A DNA stretch of 64,000 nt from Nitrosopumilaceae archaeon. Lineage in GTDB: Archaea > Thermoproteota > Nitrososphaeria > Nitrososphaerales > Nitrosopumilaceae. Below are positions 51,802 to 60,903 of the stretch, piece after piece. Where the stretch lies: NCBI GenBank assembly GCA_965207375.1, contig OZ242274.1:704001-768000 (forward strand), written 5' to 3'. The position numbers were made by a program, and so were the translations under genes. A model generated the notes under the pieces. The model was not told where the DNA came from. It worked only from the letters and a program-made list of their open reading frames with translations, and made no database searches. How positions within the stretch are numbered: position 1 is the first letter of the stretch; each line of letters begins with the position of its first letter.

Positions 51802-51947
51802 ATTCTAATCTTACGTAACCCGATCTTTTATTAGTGCTTACTCTCCTCGTACCTAATTTTTCAATCATTGTATTATCTGGACACAATCAACTCCATTACG
51901 TCAACAAGTACGTCTACACCATTTCTTAGCACATAAACATGCATATG

Positions 51948-52931
51948 CTATTTCATATACATAAAACCCAATTGATCATTTGTTCTTACTATATCCTCAT
52001 TTGTTGTTTCTAAAAGTTGCTTCTTTACCTGTATCGTATGTTTGATTTGTGCATCACAATCATCAATCTTGTGTAGTGCAACAGCTTCTGGAAAATGTGG
52101 GATTACAGGAGATCCTAACTCTTGTGATCCATGATGACTCAATATCAGATGTAGTATTTTGTTCTTCAAATCCAGAGGAAATCTTTCTAATTTGTCAATT
52201 TTGCCTTCAACCATTTTTGTGCCAATTGAGATGTGTCCCAAAAGACTTCCTTCAACAGTATAATCAATGACAGTCTTTGTTTCATATTCAAAAATTTTTC
52301 CTACATCATGAAGCATGCAACCAGCAATCATCAAATCCAAATTCAGATCAGGCTCGTATTGTTTTGCAATCGTTTTGGACATTGCTATCATACTTAGAAC
52401 GTGTTCTAACAGTCCTCCTACATAGTTATGATGATATATTTTTGCAGCAGGAGATTCTGAGTATTTTTTCATAAAATCGTCATCATCAAAAATTGATTTT
52501 AAAAGTTGTTTCATGTTATCATCTGTAATGGATTCTACGTCCTCTTTGAATTTGGAAATCATTTCAGGGATGTTTTTAGTAGTACTGATAACAAATTCTG
52601 CATAATCAAAATTTTCTTCTTTTTTTATCTCACAAGAATTTTCATTTAGGTATATTGTCAGTTTTCTGGAATAGCCATCTATTGTTGCATTGCCGCCTTT
52701 AATTGAAACAACGTCATTTACCTTAAATGATGAAAATAATTTCTTGACCGTTTCTTCATTGGGTCCTCCCCAAAATTTCACAGAAATTGTTCCCGTTTTG
52801 TCAGCAATATCGAAAGAAAACCAGAATCCGTCCTTGTTTCTATACTTGGCAGGGGCCTTTTTTGAACTAACAGCGAAATAATCATCAATAGTTTGATCTT
52901 CTTGAAGATCTTTGATATATTGAGTTTTCAT
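51948..52931 (-). CDS. yhaM: YhaM/Cbf1-family OB-fold + HD 3'-5' exonuclease
   Basis: DKTG OB motif, PAA...HH...GGLLEH, LHDVGK..EY, GHI, LSHHG..E.GSP, EA..LH..D. Confidence 0.88.
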   Translation of the reverse strand: MKTQYIKDLQEDQTIDDYFAVSSKKAPAKYRNKDGFWFSFDIADKTGTISVKFWGGPNEETVKKLFSSFKVNDVVSIKGGNATIDGYSRKLTIYLNENSCEIKKEENFDYAEFVISTTKNIPEMISKFKEDVESITDDNMKQLLKSIFDDDDFMKKYSESPAAKIYHHNYVGGLLEHVLSMIAMSKTIAKQYEPDLNLDLMIAGCMLHDVGKIFEYETKTVIDYTVEGSLLGHISIGTKMVEGKIDKLERFPLDLKNKILHLILSHHGSQELGSPVIPHFPEAVALHKIDDCDAQIKHTIQVKKQLLETTNEDIVRTNDQLGFMYMK

Positions 52932-53074
52932 ACAAGTACTAATTATTCATAGTATTTATTTTGAATTTATCTTCTTTTCAAAAAAGAATCTTATCATGTG
53001 TCGTTAATACATTAACAATCAAGGGTATTACATTATTACCAACACCTTAAGATTCACGATCCTAATCATTTAGC

Positions 53075-53299
53075 ATGAGATTAGAAACATTGATACAAAA
53101 AGAGGCAAAACAAACAACAAAAACCAAACTTGATGAGGAACAATTTAAAATTCTAGATGAGCAATACCATCAAAATCTAGCCAATAAAGAATTAAGAGAT
53201 CAAGAGCATGAAGAATTAATTTTAGAGTATCAAACAAAACACCATCTAAGTAGAAATGATGTATTTACCAGGATTGCTAGAGATCGTTTAGAATACTAG
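53075..53299 (+). CDS. Hypothetical small charged protein
   Basis: 74-aa ATG ORF preceded by AT-rich DNA; no motif recognised. Confidence 0.45.
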   Translation: MRLETLIQKEAKQTTKTKLDEEQFKILDEQYHQNLANKELRDQEHEELILEYQTKHHLSRNDVFTRIARDRLEY

Positions 53300-53319
53300 G
53301 TAAGTGTTAACGTCATCTC

Positions 53320-53410
53320 TAAATTTTTATTCTATCTTTTGACAGCAAAGTAATTTCATGCCTACAATTACCACAAATTCAAAACAACGTTAACAGATAC
53401 AGGAAATTTA
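53320..53410 (-). repeat. Family-B element (halves A'+B')
   Basis: One half matches 10632-10677, the other matches 15556-15602 in inverted orientation. Confidence 0.72.
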
Positions 53411-53869
53411 AAGTGTGATCTTTTATCATTTTTCCATCCCCTCATTGAATGATTTTAGGATTTTTGTTGCGATCATAATGCCAATTCCTATGGCACTAAT
53501 GATCAAAAGAATTTTGTTCTTACTCATTATTGTATTGCCTCCTGGTTTCTTTTGTAACTTGGGTGTAGCCAACATGCACGTTTGTATCCTTGTGAATTGT
53601 CTTATAATTTCTGATTTCATTACGAGGTTTAGTTGTCCCTGCAGGTTGCATATAATCAAATAGTTTATTCTGTAAAGTATATCGATGCCTTGAGAAAACA
53701 TAACCGATGCCACTTTGGAAAGAAAACGATTGATAATATGACACACATCTTTGTATTCCGTGTATCTCATGTATCACATTATTTTGTATTTTTATATTCC
53801 ATTTCAATCTGACCAGATTTTCACATGCTGTCTTTACCCCAATTGTATGTGAATTGAATCCTCTCATTT

Positions 53870-54286
53870 TCAAATCCCTGCTGCCAATTTTGGATGAAAT
53901 GCTGCAACTCCAATAAATGAACTAGTCCTTAGAAGCATTTTATCAAATGTTACTAGAACAAAGTTTCTTGCCTGACACAAACTCAGAATTTTATTATCCC
54001 CGTTATGACAACTTTGAAACTGTTCTGTCAGATTGTGTGCATTTAAAACATCTTGATTATTGCTTTTAGAAAATTCCACCTTTCTTCCCAAACACAAGGT
54101 TATCTTTGAAATTATTTTTTCAGCAGAATATCCCCTTACTCTGTTTACCTCACCTAATACTATATCAGATAGGACTATTTTGATTGATTTTCCACGGAGT
54201 TTTGATTTGAGACTTTTTGCAACTTTTGGTTTTTCCATGATATCGATAACGACACAGGAATCAAGTGCGACCTTTTGTTGATTCAT
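53870..54286 (-). CDS. PIN domain protein (putative ribonuclease/toxin)
   Basis: VALDSCVVI, VLGE, GDNKIL, LVTFDKML acidic tetrad. Confidence 0.85.
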   Translation of the reverse strand: MNQQKVALDSCVVIDIMEKPKVAKSLKSKLRGKSIKIVLSDIVLGEVNRVRGYSAEKIISKITLCLGRKVEFSKSNNQDVLNAHNLTEQFQSCHNGDNKILSLCQARNFVLVTFDKMLLRTSSFIGVAAFHPKLAAGI

Positions 54287-54316
54287 GATACGAATTAGAC
54301 TAGGAGGTTATTATAT

Positions 54317-54339
54317 TATATAACAATACTATGCATACT
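54317..54339. promoter_or_regulatory. 23-bp site TATATAACAATACTATGCATACT upstream of the PIN gene (identical copy at 55052-55074)
   Basis: Exact repeat read from the sequence; regulatory role inferred. Confidence 0.55.
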
Positions 54340-54709
54340 TTACATACTAATTAACATGCTAGACAAGTATAACAGTATAGTTTCACTGCTGTTTGCATAT
54401 GAAATTGTATAACCTGTCACAGATTCGAGTCCAAAAATTCATGGGTAGATGCCATACCCTTATCAAGCAAAGGATTTGAAAACAATATAAAAAATGCAAC
54501 ATCAGTTTGGTAGAGCCAGTCCCTACACAGGACGATATCAATGTACAGTTACCAAACTGTACCAGACCACAATCTATTCTGTACAGATACAGTCTTGTTA
54601 GATGTAAATTATACAAGTATCTCTTTTGTACATTCAACCCAGATACACAGGCATATGCCCAATTAGTTAATCTATATTCTAACAATCTACATCGCCAGAA
54701 TCCTGCTGT

Positions 54710-54964
54710 TCATCTACGCCTGTATCTAAAACCCCATTTGTGACGCCTCAGATATCTCTCCACATCTCTTTCGGATTTTTTCTTGTTTCTGTAGAATTTT
54801 TTCGGATCACCTTTGCCATATTTTACATATTTTGGATCACAGTCCTCATGAATCTTTTTGTGACATTTGTCGCATACGGGAATTATTTTTTGTGGAAAGT
54901 AGGTGATGTGATGAAATATCGTGGCCACATCTTTGCACAGTTTGCATTTTCCCTTGTTTTCCAT
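54710..54964 (-). CDS. Small HNH-like zinc-binding endonuclease
   Basis: CKLC.....HHITY......VCDKCHKKIH. Confidence 0.65.
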   Translation of the reverse strand: MENKGKCKLCKDVATIFHHITYFPQKIIPVCDKCHKKIHEDCDPKYVKYGKGDPKKFYRNKKKSERDVERYLRRHKWGFRYRRR

Positions 54965-55051
54965 TTGATACTTACCAAGTTTTTTGTATCTGTGAAATGA
55001 GTTTTGGTTCTATTTGTTGTTTATTCTATTCAGTTGTCTGAAAAATTATTA

Positions 55052-55074
55052 TATATAACAATACTATGCATACT
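55052..55074. promoter_or_regulatory. 23-bp site at the start of the CARF-wHTH gene
   Basis: Identical to 54317-54339; lies directly before GTG at 55075. Confidence 0.55.
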
Positions 55075-55809
55075 GTGTCTGGTGAAAATCTGCGTATACA
55101 CATTGCCCCTGTAGGTTATGAAGTTGACAGGATTGTACTTTCTGCAAAAGAGAAAAAGGCAGACAGAGTCTATCTGTTGGTTCATGAGAATCCTAGTGCA
55201 GACAAGGCAGTCTCATTTTATGATCAAATTTCAAAAGAACTAGAAAAGCTAAACATCGAGGTAATAAGGCAATACCATGACAGATTGGACCTGTTTAAGA
55301 TAATAAAATCAATCAAAGAAATCATCGATAAAGAAAAGGGAAACATCATCTATGTGAACCTAGCAGCAGGAAGCAAGATTCAGGCAATAGCAGGCATGAT
55401 GGCATGCATGATGTTCAATGACAATCAAAATGTTCATCCATTTTATGTAGAGGCGCAAAATTATACAAGATTTTCAGGAAAGCCGATATCTACTGGAATC
55501 AAAGAAATACAGACTATGCCAACCTATGAAATCAAAAAGCCTCAACCAAAACACATTGCCGCATTGAAAATAATCAAAGAAAATGGGGGCAGAATTTCCA
55601 AAAAAGAGATGGCAGAGCTTGCAAAAAAAGAAAAGCTGATTATAGTAAACGCTGAAAATCCAAACCAGGCCACCTTTGCAAGCCTGGACAAAAACATCAT
55701 TGATGTACTAGAAAATCAATGGCATTTTGTAAGGGTAGAAAAAATCGGCAGAACCAGATGGATAAACATTACAAAAGATGGCAAAAATGCCACAGAATTT
55801 TTAATCTGA
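55066..55809 (+). CDS. DUF6293/HFX_2341-like CARF + winged-helix transcriptional regulator
   Basis: RIHIAPVGYE.DRI, ADRVYL, YVNLAAGSK, FYV.A..Y, C-terminal wHTH with GR...I.IT..G. Confidence 0.82.
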   Translation: MHTVSGENLRIHIAPVGYEVDRIVLSAKEKKADRVYLLVHENPSADKAVSFYDQISKELEKLNIEVIRQYHDRLDLFKIIKSIKEIIDKEKGNIIYVNLAAGSKIQAIAGMMACMMFNDNQNVHPFYVEAQNYTRFSGKPISTGIKEIQTMPTYEIKKPQPKHIAALKIIKENGGRISKKEMAELAKKEKLIIVNAENPNQATFASLDKNIIDVLENQWHFVRVEKIGRTRWINITKDGKNATEFLI

Positions 55810-55871
55810 TTTTTTAGGTGTCATGGGTTACATCTATTGAAAATATTTCATATCCTCCTAACTTGTTATAG

Positions 55872-55970
55872 TAGACCTCATGCACAATTGATCAATTCAA
55901 AATAAAATTTTCAAATAAAGGCTAAAAATTAAGCATTTTTAATTCAAGATTTGATTATGCATAAGATCTA
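55872..55970. repeat. 99-bp MITE-like element (family B, halves A+B)
   Basis: 93/99 identical to 792-890. Confidence 0.8.
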
Positions 55971-56247
55971 GTAATCAAATTTTATACGTGATAGACTCTT
56001 GTTAAACTCGACCATTGCGTTCAAAACAATATCTTCCACGCGTAATCCTTTTTTCTTACTATAATTCTCTGCTAGATTTTATTCCTGTGCCTAATCATGC
56101 CGATTTTATGTTGTGTGAGAATTTTTGTGCGTCGCTACATGCACGTATATCAAATCAACTTAGAGCCTCCACCAGATATTGCAGCGGATTCTGTGTTGCC
56201 TGTGGGTTAATTGACATTTTTATACACGATTAACATTACTAGTAGAA

Positions 56248-57108
56248 ATGGCTGAAAATATGATTTTTAGAAAAAAGGGGATTAAGATAGATGCCAGAAA
56301 AGAATACGCAATTCCAACAGATAGTGAAAAGGGATTTCCACTATTAGAGTTAACTGAAGAATATTTTAGTTTTAATGATTTAGTAATTTCTACAGATATT
56401 AAAGAAAGATTAGAATATGTAATTGCAGAAAACCAAAATCTAAAAAGATTAAGAGCGTTTGGATTAAATCCGAAACAAAAAATTCTCTTTTGTGGTCTTC
56501 CGGGAACCGGAAAAACACTTGGAGCAAGAATTATGAGTAGTGTAATCGGATATCCCTTTGTTTATGTGTTATTTGACTCAATTTTATCCTCTTTTTTAGG
56601 ACAAACAGCAACTAACCTTAGAAAGATCTTTGATTTTATTGAACAGGGGAAATTCGTAGTATTATTTGATGAATTCGATATTGTTGGGAAAAAACGTGAT
56701 GACCCACAAGAACATGGTGAAGTAAAACGAATAGTAAATAATTTTATGCAGATGATAGACAGATATGATGGAAACAGCATACTGATTGCTGCCACAAACC
56801 ACCCGCAATTATTAGACACTGCAATATGGAGGCGCTTTGACGAAGTGATAGAATTCAAACATCCTACAAAGCAACAACGAATAGAATTATTTGAAAAATA
56901 CTTGGGAGTGTTAAAGAAGAAAGAAGATCTAGATATAGGATTATTAGCAAAATTAACAGTAAAATATTCGGCTGCCGATATTGCCACTATATGTGAAGAC
57001 GCACTACGACGTAATGTCATTTGTGGCAAATCTGCGATAAAAAATGAAGATGTCATTTGGGCTATAAAAGAACAGAGACGTAGAAAAGGCATTATGTTAA
57101 GAGTGTGA
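56248..57108 (+). CDS. AAA+ ATPase (IetA-like)
   Basis: GLPGTGKT, SSFLGQTATNL, FDEFD..GK.R, GEVKRIVN, AATNHP.LLD.AIWRRFD; followed by an S8 peptidase. Confidence 0.9.
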   Translation: MAENMIFRKKGIKIDARKEYAIPTDSEKGFPLLELTEEYFSFNDLVISTDIKERLEYVIAENQNLKRLRAFGLNPKQKILFCGLPGTGKTLGARIMSSVIGYPFVYVLFDSILSSFLGQTATNLRKIFDFIEQGKFVVLFDEFDIVGKKRDDPQEHGEVKRIVNNFMQMIDRYDGNSILIAATNHPQLLDTAIWRRFDEVIEFKHPTKQQRIELFEKYLGVLKKKEDLDIGLLAKLTVKYSAADIATICEDALRRNVICGKSAIKNEDVIWAIKEQRRRKGIMLRV

Positions 57109-58808
57109 ACCCTTGTCTGACACCCATGAGCATTTAGATCTTCCAACCAACGATAAATCATTCAAAAGAGAAATTCACGGTTTCGGCAGATATGACCCAC
57201 AAAAAAATATTAAAGATTTTGCTAAAAAACAAATTAAAAATTTAGATAATATAGGAAAAGAATTCACAAAGATCGATCAATTTCCAGATTATAATCAAGA
57301 ATTGGTGTTTAAAGTAAAGACATCACAAAAGGTAAACGAAAATGAGTTTAGAAAGAGATTGAATGGAGTAGATTGTGAAACCATAACCTCATCTGTAGGA
57401 AAAAATGCTGAATGGATAGTATCTACATCTGATTCTGAATTTGCTGCATTAAAAGATAAAATCAATGTACGTGTAAAAAATGATAAAGTAAATTTCATAG
57501 ATGGAATTTCAGATTTTAAAAAAATAACCTTTCAAGATAAACTCGGTGAAAGGCTCTTAGAAGAACCGTTAGGTTCTATAGAAAAGGCAAGGATTGTAAT
57601 TAGTTTAAGTAAAAAAGAATCTGATCATAATGATGAAAAATTAAAAAGTTCTGTAAGGCTGATCGAAAATTTGGCAAAAGAAAATGATTTGGGAATCTAT
57701 GACAAACTAATTACCAAAAATATCTGTCTTATTTTATTGGACTGCACATTGCATTTTGCAAAAATAATTTCAAGAATAGATATAGTTGAAAAAATAGATC
57801 GTCCGCCTACGTTTACTCTTGAGAAAATGGTAAATGAACCCATCGAGATTCCAGGTAACATGGTGCCTCCAAATCAAAATGATCATGGAATTTTAGTTAT
57901 GGATTCGGGGATAATCCTTCATCCATTACTAGAAAGTGCAGTTGATCAAAATGATGGAATTGTTGGATTACCTGATAGAAATAGAGAGGATGAACGAAGA
58001 CATGGGACCATGGTGGGTGGAATTGCACTATATGGGGACATCGAAGAAAGATTATCCAACAAAGATTTTAGTGCAGATGTGTGGATTTATTCGTCCAAGG
58101 TATTCTATGAATCAAATAACAAAATAATTCCAGATGAGAGATTAATTGAAGCAAAAATAAAGGATGGGTTGAGGGATATTAAAGAGAAATTTCCAAGATG
58201 CAGAGTGGTCAACATATCTTTTGGCAGTGATAATAAAATCATGCAGGAAGGAAAAAAGCAGTTTGAATTAGCAGTATTGATTGATGATTTGGCAAAAGAA
58301 TACGAAGATACGGTATTTGTAATATCTGCAGGAAACATCAAACTAGAACATCATAAACAATATCCCAATTACCTACTAGCAGATAATCCAGAATACAAAA
58401 TAGGTGATCCTGCCACGTCGATTCATGCAATTTCAGTAGGAGCTGTTCAAAAATTTGGAGATTGGACAAATCAACCGTCAAATCTGACAAAAACCGGCCC
58501 TGGGCTTAACGGAATGATCAAGCCTGATTTTGTAGAAAATGGTGGAGGGTTTAACGAAAACATTATCGTATTGAATCCGAATTATGGGCAGCGCTTGTTT
58601 ACATTGAATAGTGGTACAAGTTTTAGTGCCCCAAAAATAGCCAATTATTTTGCAAGGTTATTTAATAAATTTCCAAAATATGATAGAAATCTTGTCACGG
58701 CACTGTTGATCTCATCTGCTAAAATTCCAGAACAGAGACCGGCTTTATTTCCAAAAATTAAATCAAATACAACAGCTGATGAATGGTCAAAAATTACAAG
58801 TGTTTATG

Positions 58809-59890
58809 AGATGTGATTCGTAATTAGCAAATTTCCCTAAATTTCACGCCTAGCAATACCAAAAAGATCCAAATATCACCCGAATCTACCACAACTCATG
58901 ATGTCCTATGAAAAACTGGTAAAAAATACCAGAAGATTTCGTGCCATAACAGGCATGTCTACCAAAGAATTTGATTTGTTGGTATCTAAGGTGGAAAAAA
59001 AGTATCCAAGAGCAGAAAAAAAGAGACTCTCTAGAGAAAACAGAGTGCGCGCAATAGGTGCAGGCCGCAGATTCGCATTAAATGTACGAGACCAGGTGAT
59101 GCTACTTTTGTTTTACTATCGTACATACTGCACACAAGATGTAGCAGCAGTCATGTTTGAAATAGGACAAGCATCAGTATCGCGCTCTATTACCCATATA
59201 GAGCCCATCCTCAAACTATGCATTCCTATACCTTCCAAAATACATGACAAGATGCAAAGAATTTCCTCCATAGAGGAATTAGAAGAGATTCTTCCAGGTC
59301 TTAGATGTCTTGTTGATGCCTCAGAACAGAAAATACAAAGACCAGGACGCAAGGACATGGAAAAGTCTCACTATTCGGGCAAAGCAGGAGCGCACACCTC
59401 TAAGATACAATATACGACTAACACGCATGGACTAATCGTGCACAAGACACGTCATTCACCCGGAAAAGTACATGACGTTACAGTATACAAGAAAAAACCT
59501 CCAACATTTCCAGAGAAAATACCTGATGAAGCACAGGTCACCATATATGCAGACAGAGGATACCAAGGGGCACCTGAGGTTCCCGGAGGGACACTGTGCA
59601 CCCCAATCAAAAAGAAAAAGGGTGCAAAGCTCACAGAAGGGCAAAAAGAATACAACAAAATCCACTCAAAGATTCGTGTATATGTAGAACATGCAATACG
59701 CAGGGTCAAAACATGGCGTATTATGGGAAACGTATACAGGAATCCACTCATAAAATACGACCGGATCAATGATATTGTGTGCGGTTTGGTAAACCGCAGC
59801 ATATTGTGGCGGTTAGATCAGATGGCCTGACTGAAACAGGGCATCTGGATGGCAGTAGGCACGCATAAAAAATAATTACGGATCACCTCT
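58809..59890 (+). mobile_element. IS5-family (ISL2-like) element, 1082 bp
   Basis: TIRs AGATGTGATTCGTAATTA / TAATTACGGATCACCTCT; 3-bp TSD ATG at 58806-58808 and 59891-59893. Confidence 0.9.
58898..59830 (+). CDS. IS5-family transposase (HTH + DDE_Tnp_4)
   Basis: FRAITG...EF, VDASE, YSGK...H, G.VHD, ADRGYQG, R..VEHAI...K. Confidence 0.93.
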   Translation: MMSYEKLVKNTRRFRAITGMSTKEFDLLVSKVEKKYPRAEKKRLSRENRVRAIGAGRRFALNVRDQVMLLLFYYRTYCTQDVAAVMFEIGQASVSRSITHIEPILKLCIPIPSKIHDKMQRISSIEELEEILPGLRCLVDASEQKIQRPGRKDMEKSHYSGKAGAHTSKIQYTTNTHGLIVHKTRHSPGKVHDVTVYKKKPPTFPEKIPDEAQVTIYADRGYQGAPEVPGGTLCTPIKKKKGAKLTEGQKEYNKIHSKIRVYVEHAIRRVKTWRIMGNVYRNPLIKYDRINDIVCGLVNRSILWRLDQMA

Positions 59891-60717
59891 ATGGTTTTGG
59901 AGTACCAAACTTGGAAAATTCGCTATATTCTGATGATGACAGAGTAGTAATGAAATATACGGGAAGAATCAAGATGAAACAAGTAAAATATTTTACAATT
60001 AACCTTCCTGATGAATTTGTTCAGAAACTAGGTAAACGGGAAATCTCGGTTTCATTGGTATATGATCCGCCTGTACGAAAAACTAGAGCGGATTATTTTG
60101 GTGTACAAATGGAATTCCATTTGTTTAAAAATCATACATTAAAAAATGTGATGAAAAAATACAATTTACTTGATTTGGACAGTACTGAAGAAGAGAAGGT
60201 ACCAAAAGAATTAGATACATCTGAAATTATTTTAAAACCAAAAATAAAATTGCGAAAAAAGAGTAATCATCAAAAAGGAACACGGGTTTTATCTATTCGT
60301 TCAAAGATAGACAATCAATATCCACTAGTGTTAGCAGTGATATCTCAACAAAGATGGGAATTAGGAGATGATTTCGAACAGAATTTTGCAGTTGTTGTAA
60401 CATTGAAACATGAAGCATCTATTGATCTATATAATAAGATAATGTTACATAATCAAACGCGAGTTAGAGTATAGCAATTATCATAATTGTTAATCTGATT
60501 TTTATTCAAGTATTTGTAATGGTTTTTTTGCATTAATTGTTGGCAAGAGATGATTCTGCTATAGCAAATTGTGCATAGATATACTGAGAATTTGTGCCCA
60601 AATTTTTACAAATCATCTCTTAGGTATACTGAATCTGGTCAATTCGGAAAAGTCTGTATATTGACTCTATCAACAATTACTCCAAAACAATACAAATCAG
60701 TATCATCATCAAAAACC

Positions 60718-60903
60718 ATGGATTACAGCATGGTGCAATCTGCGCACATATACAACGGCACCATCGAGGACACCTTCACCAGAACCTCCAGATACACGGT
60801 GACAGTTACCGATAATTCTGACAACATGTAGTGCAGATGTGTTAGCCAGTACAGCCATGGCAGATACTGCAAGCATAGTTTCTGTGCTCTTGTATGTTTG
60901 TAA
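60718..60903 (+). pseudogene. Degraded SWIM zinc-finger N-terminus of the downstream gene
   Basis: YTVTV....M*CRC.........CKH: a CxC..CKH motif immediately after an in-frame TAG at 60829. Confidence 0.6.

Larger units (their letters stand above)
57113..60474 (+). pseudogene. S8 subtilase (IetS-like) interrupted by an IS5-family element
   Basis: DSG, HGTMVGG, ISAGN, IKPD, GTSFSAP. Removing the IS and one TSD gives a continuous ...SVYGFGVPNLE... ORF of 758 aa. Confidence 0.9.

Noticed and set aside
53415-53873. Overlapping ORFs 53415..53663, 53426..53770 and 53520..53873
   Set aside because: No motifs and mutually overlapping. At most a 33-aa hydrophobic peptide (MSKNKILLIISAIG...) could be real, which cannot be supported here.
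54383-54743. ORFs between the PIN and HNH genes
   Set aside because: Composition is not protein-like; probably degraded DNA.
56562-57161. 199-aa minus-strand ORF
   Set aside because: Antisense to the well-supported AAA ATPase.
60829-60831. Amber readthrough (pyrrolysine) in the SWIM gene
   Set aside because: A TAA stop and a frame change follow soon after, so simple pseudogenisation explains it.
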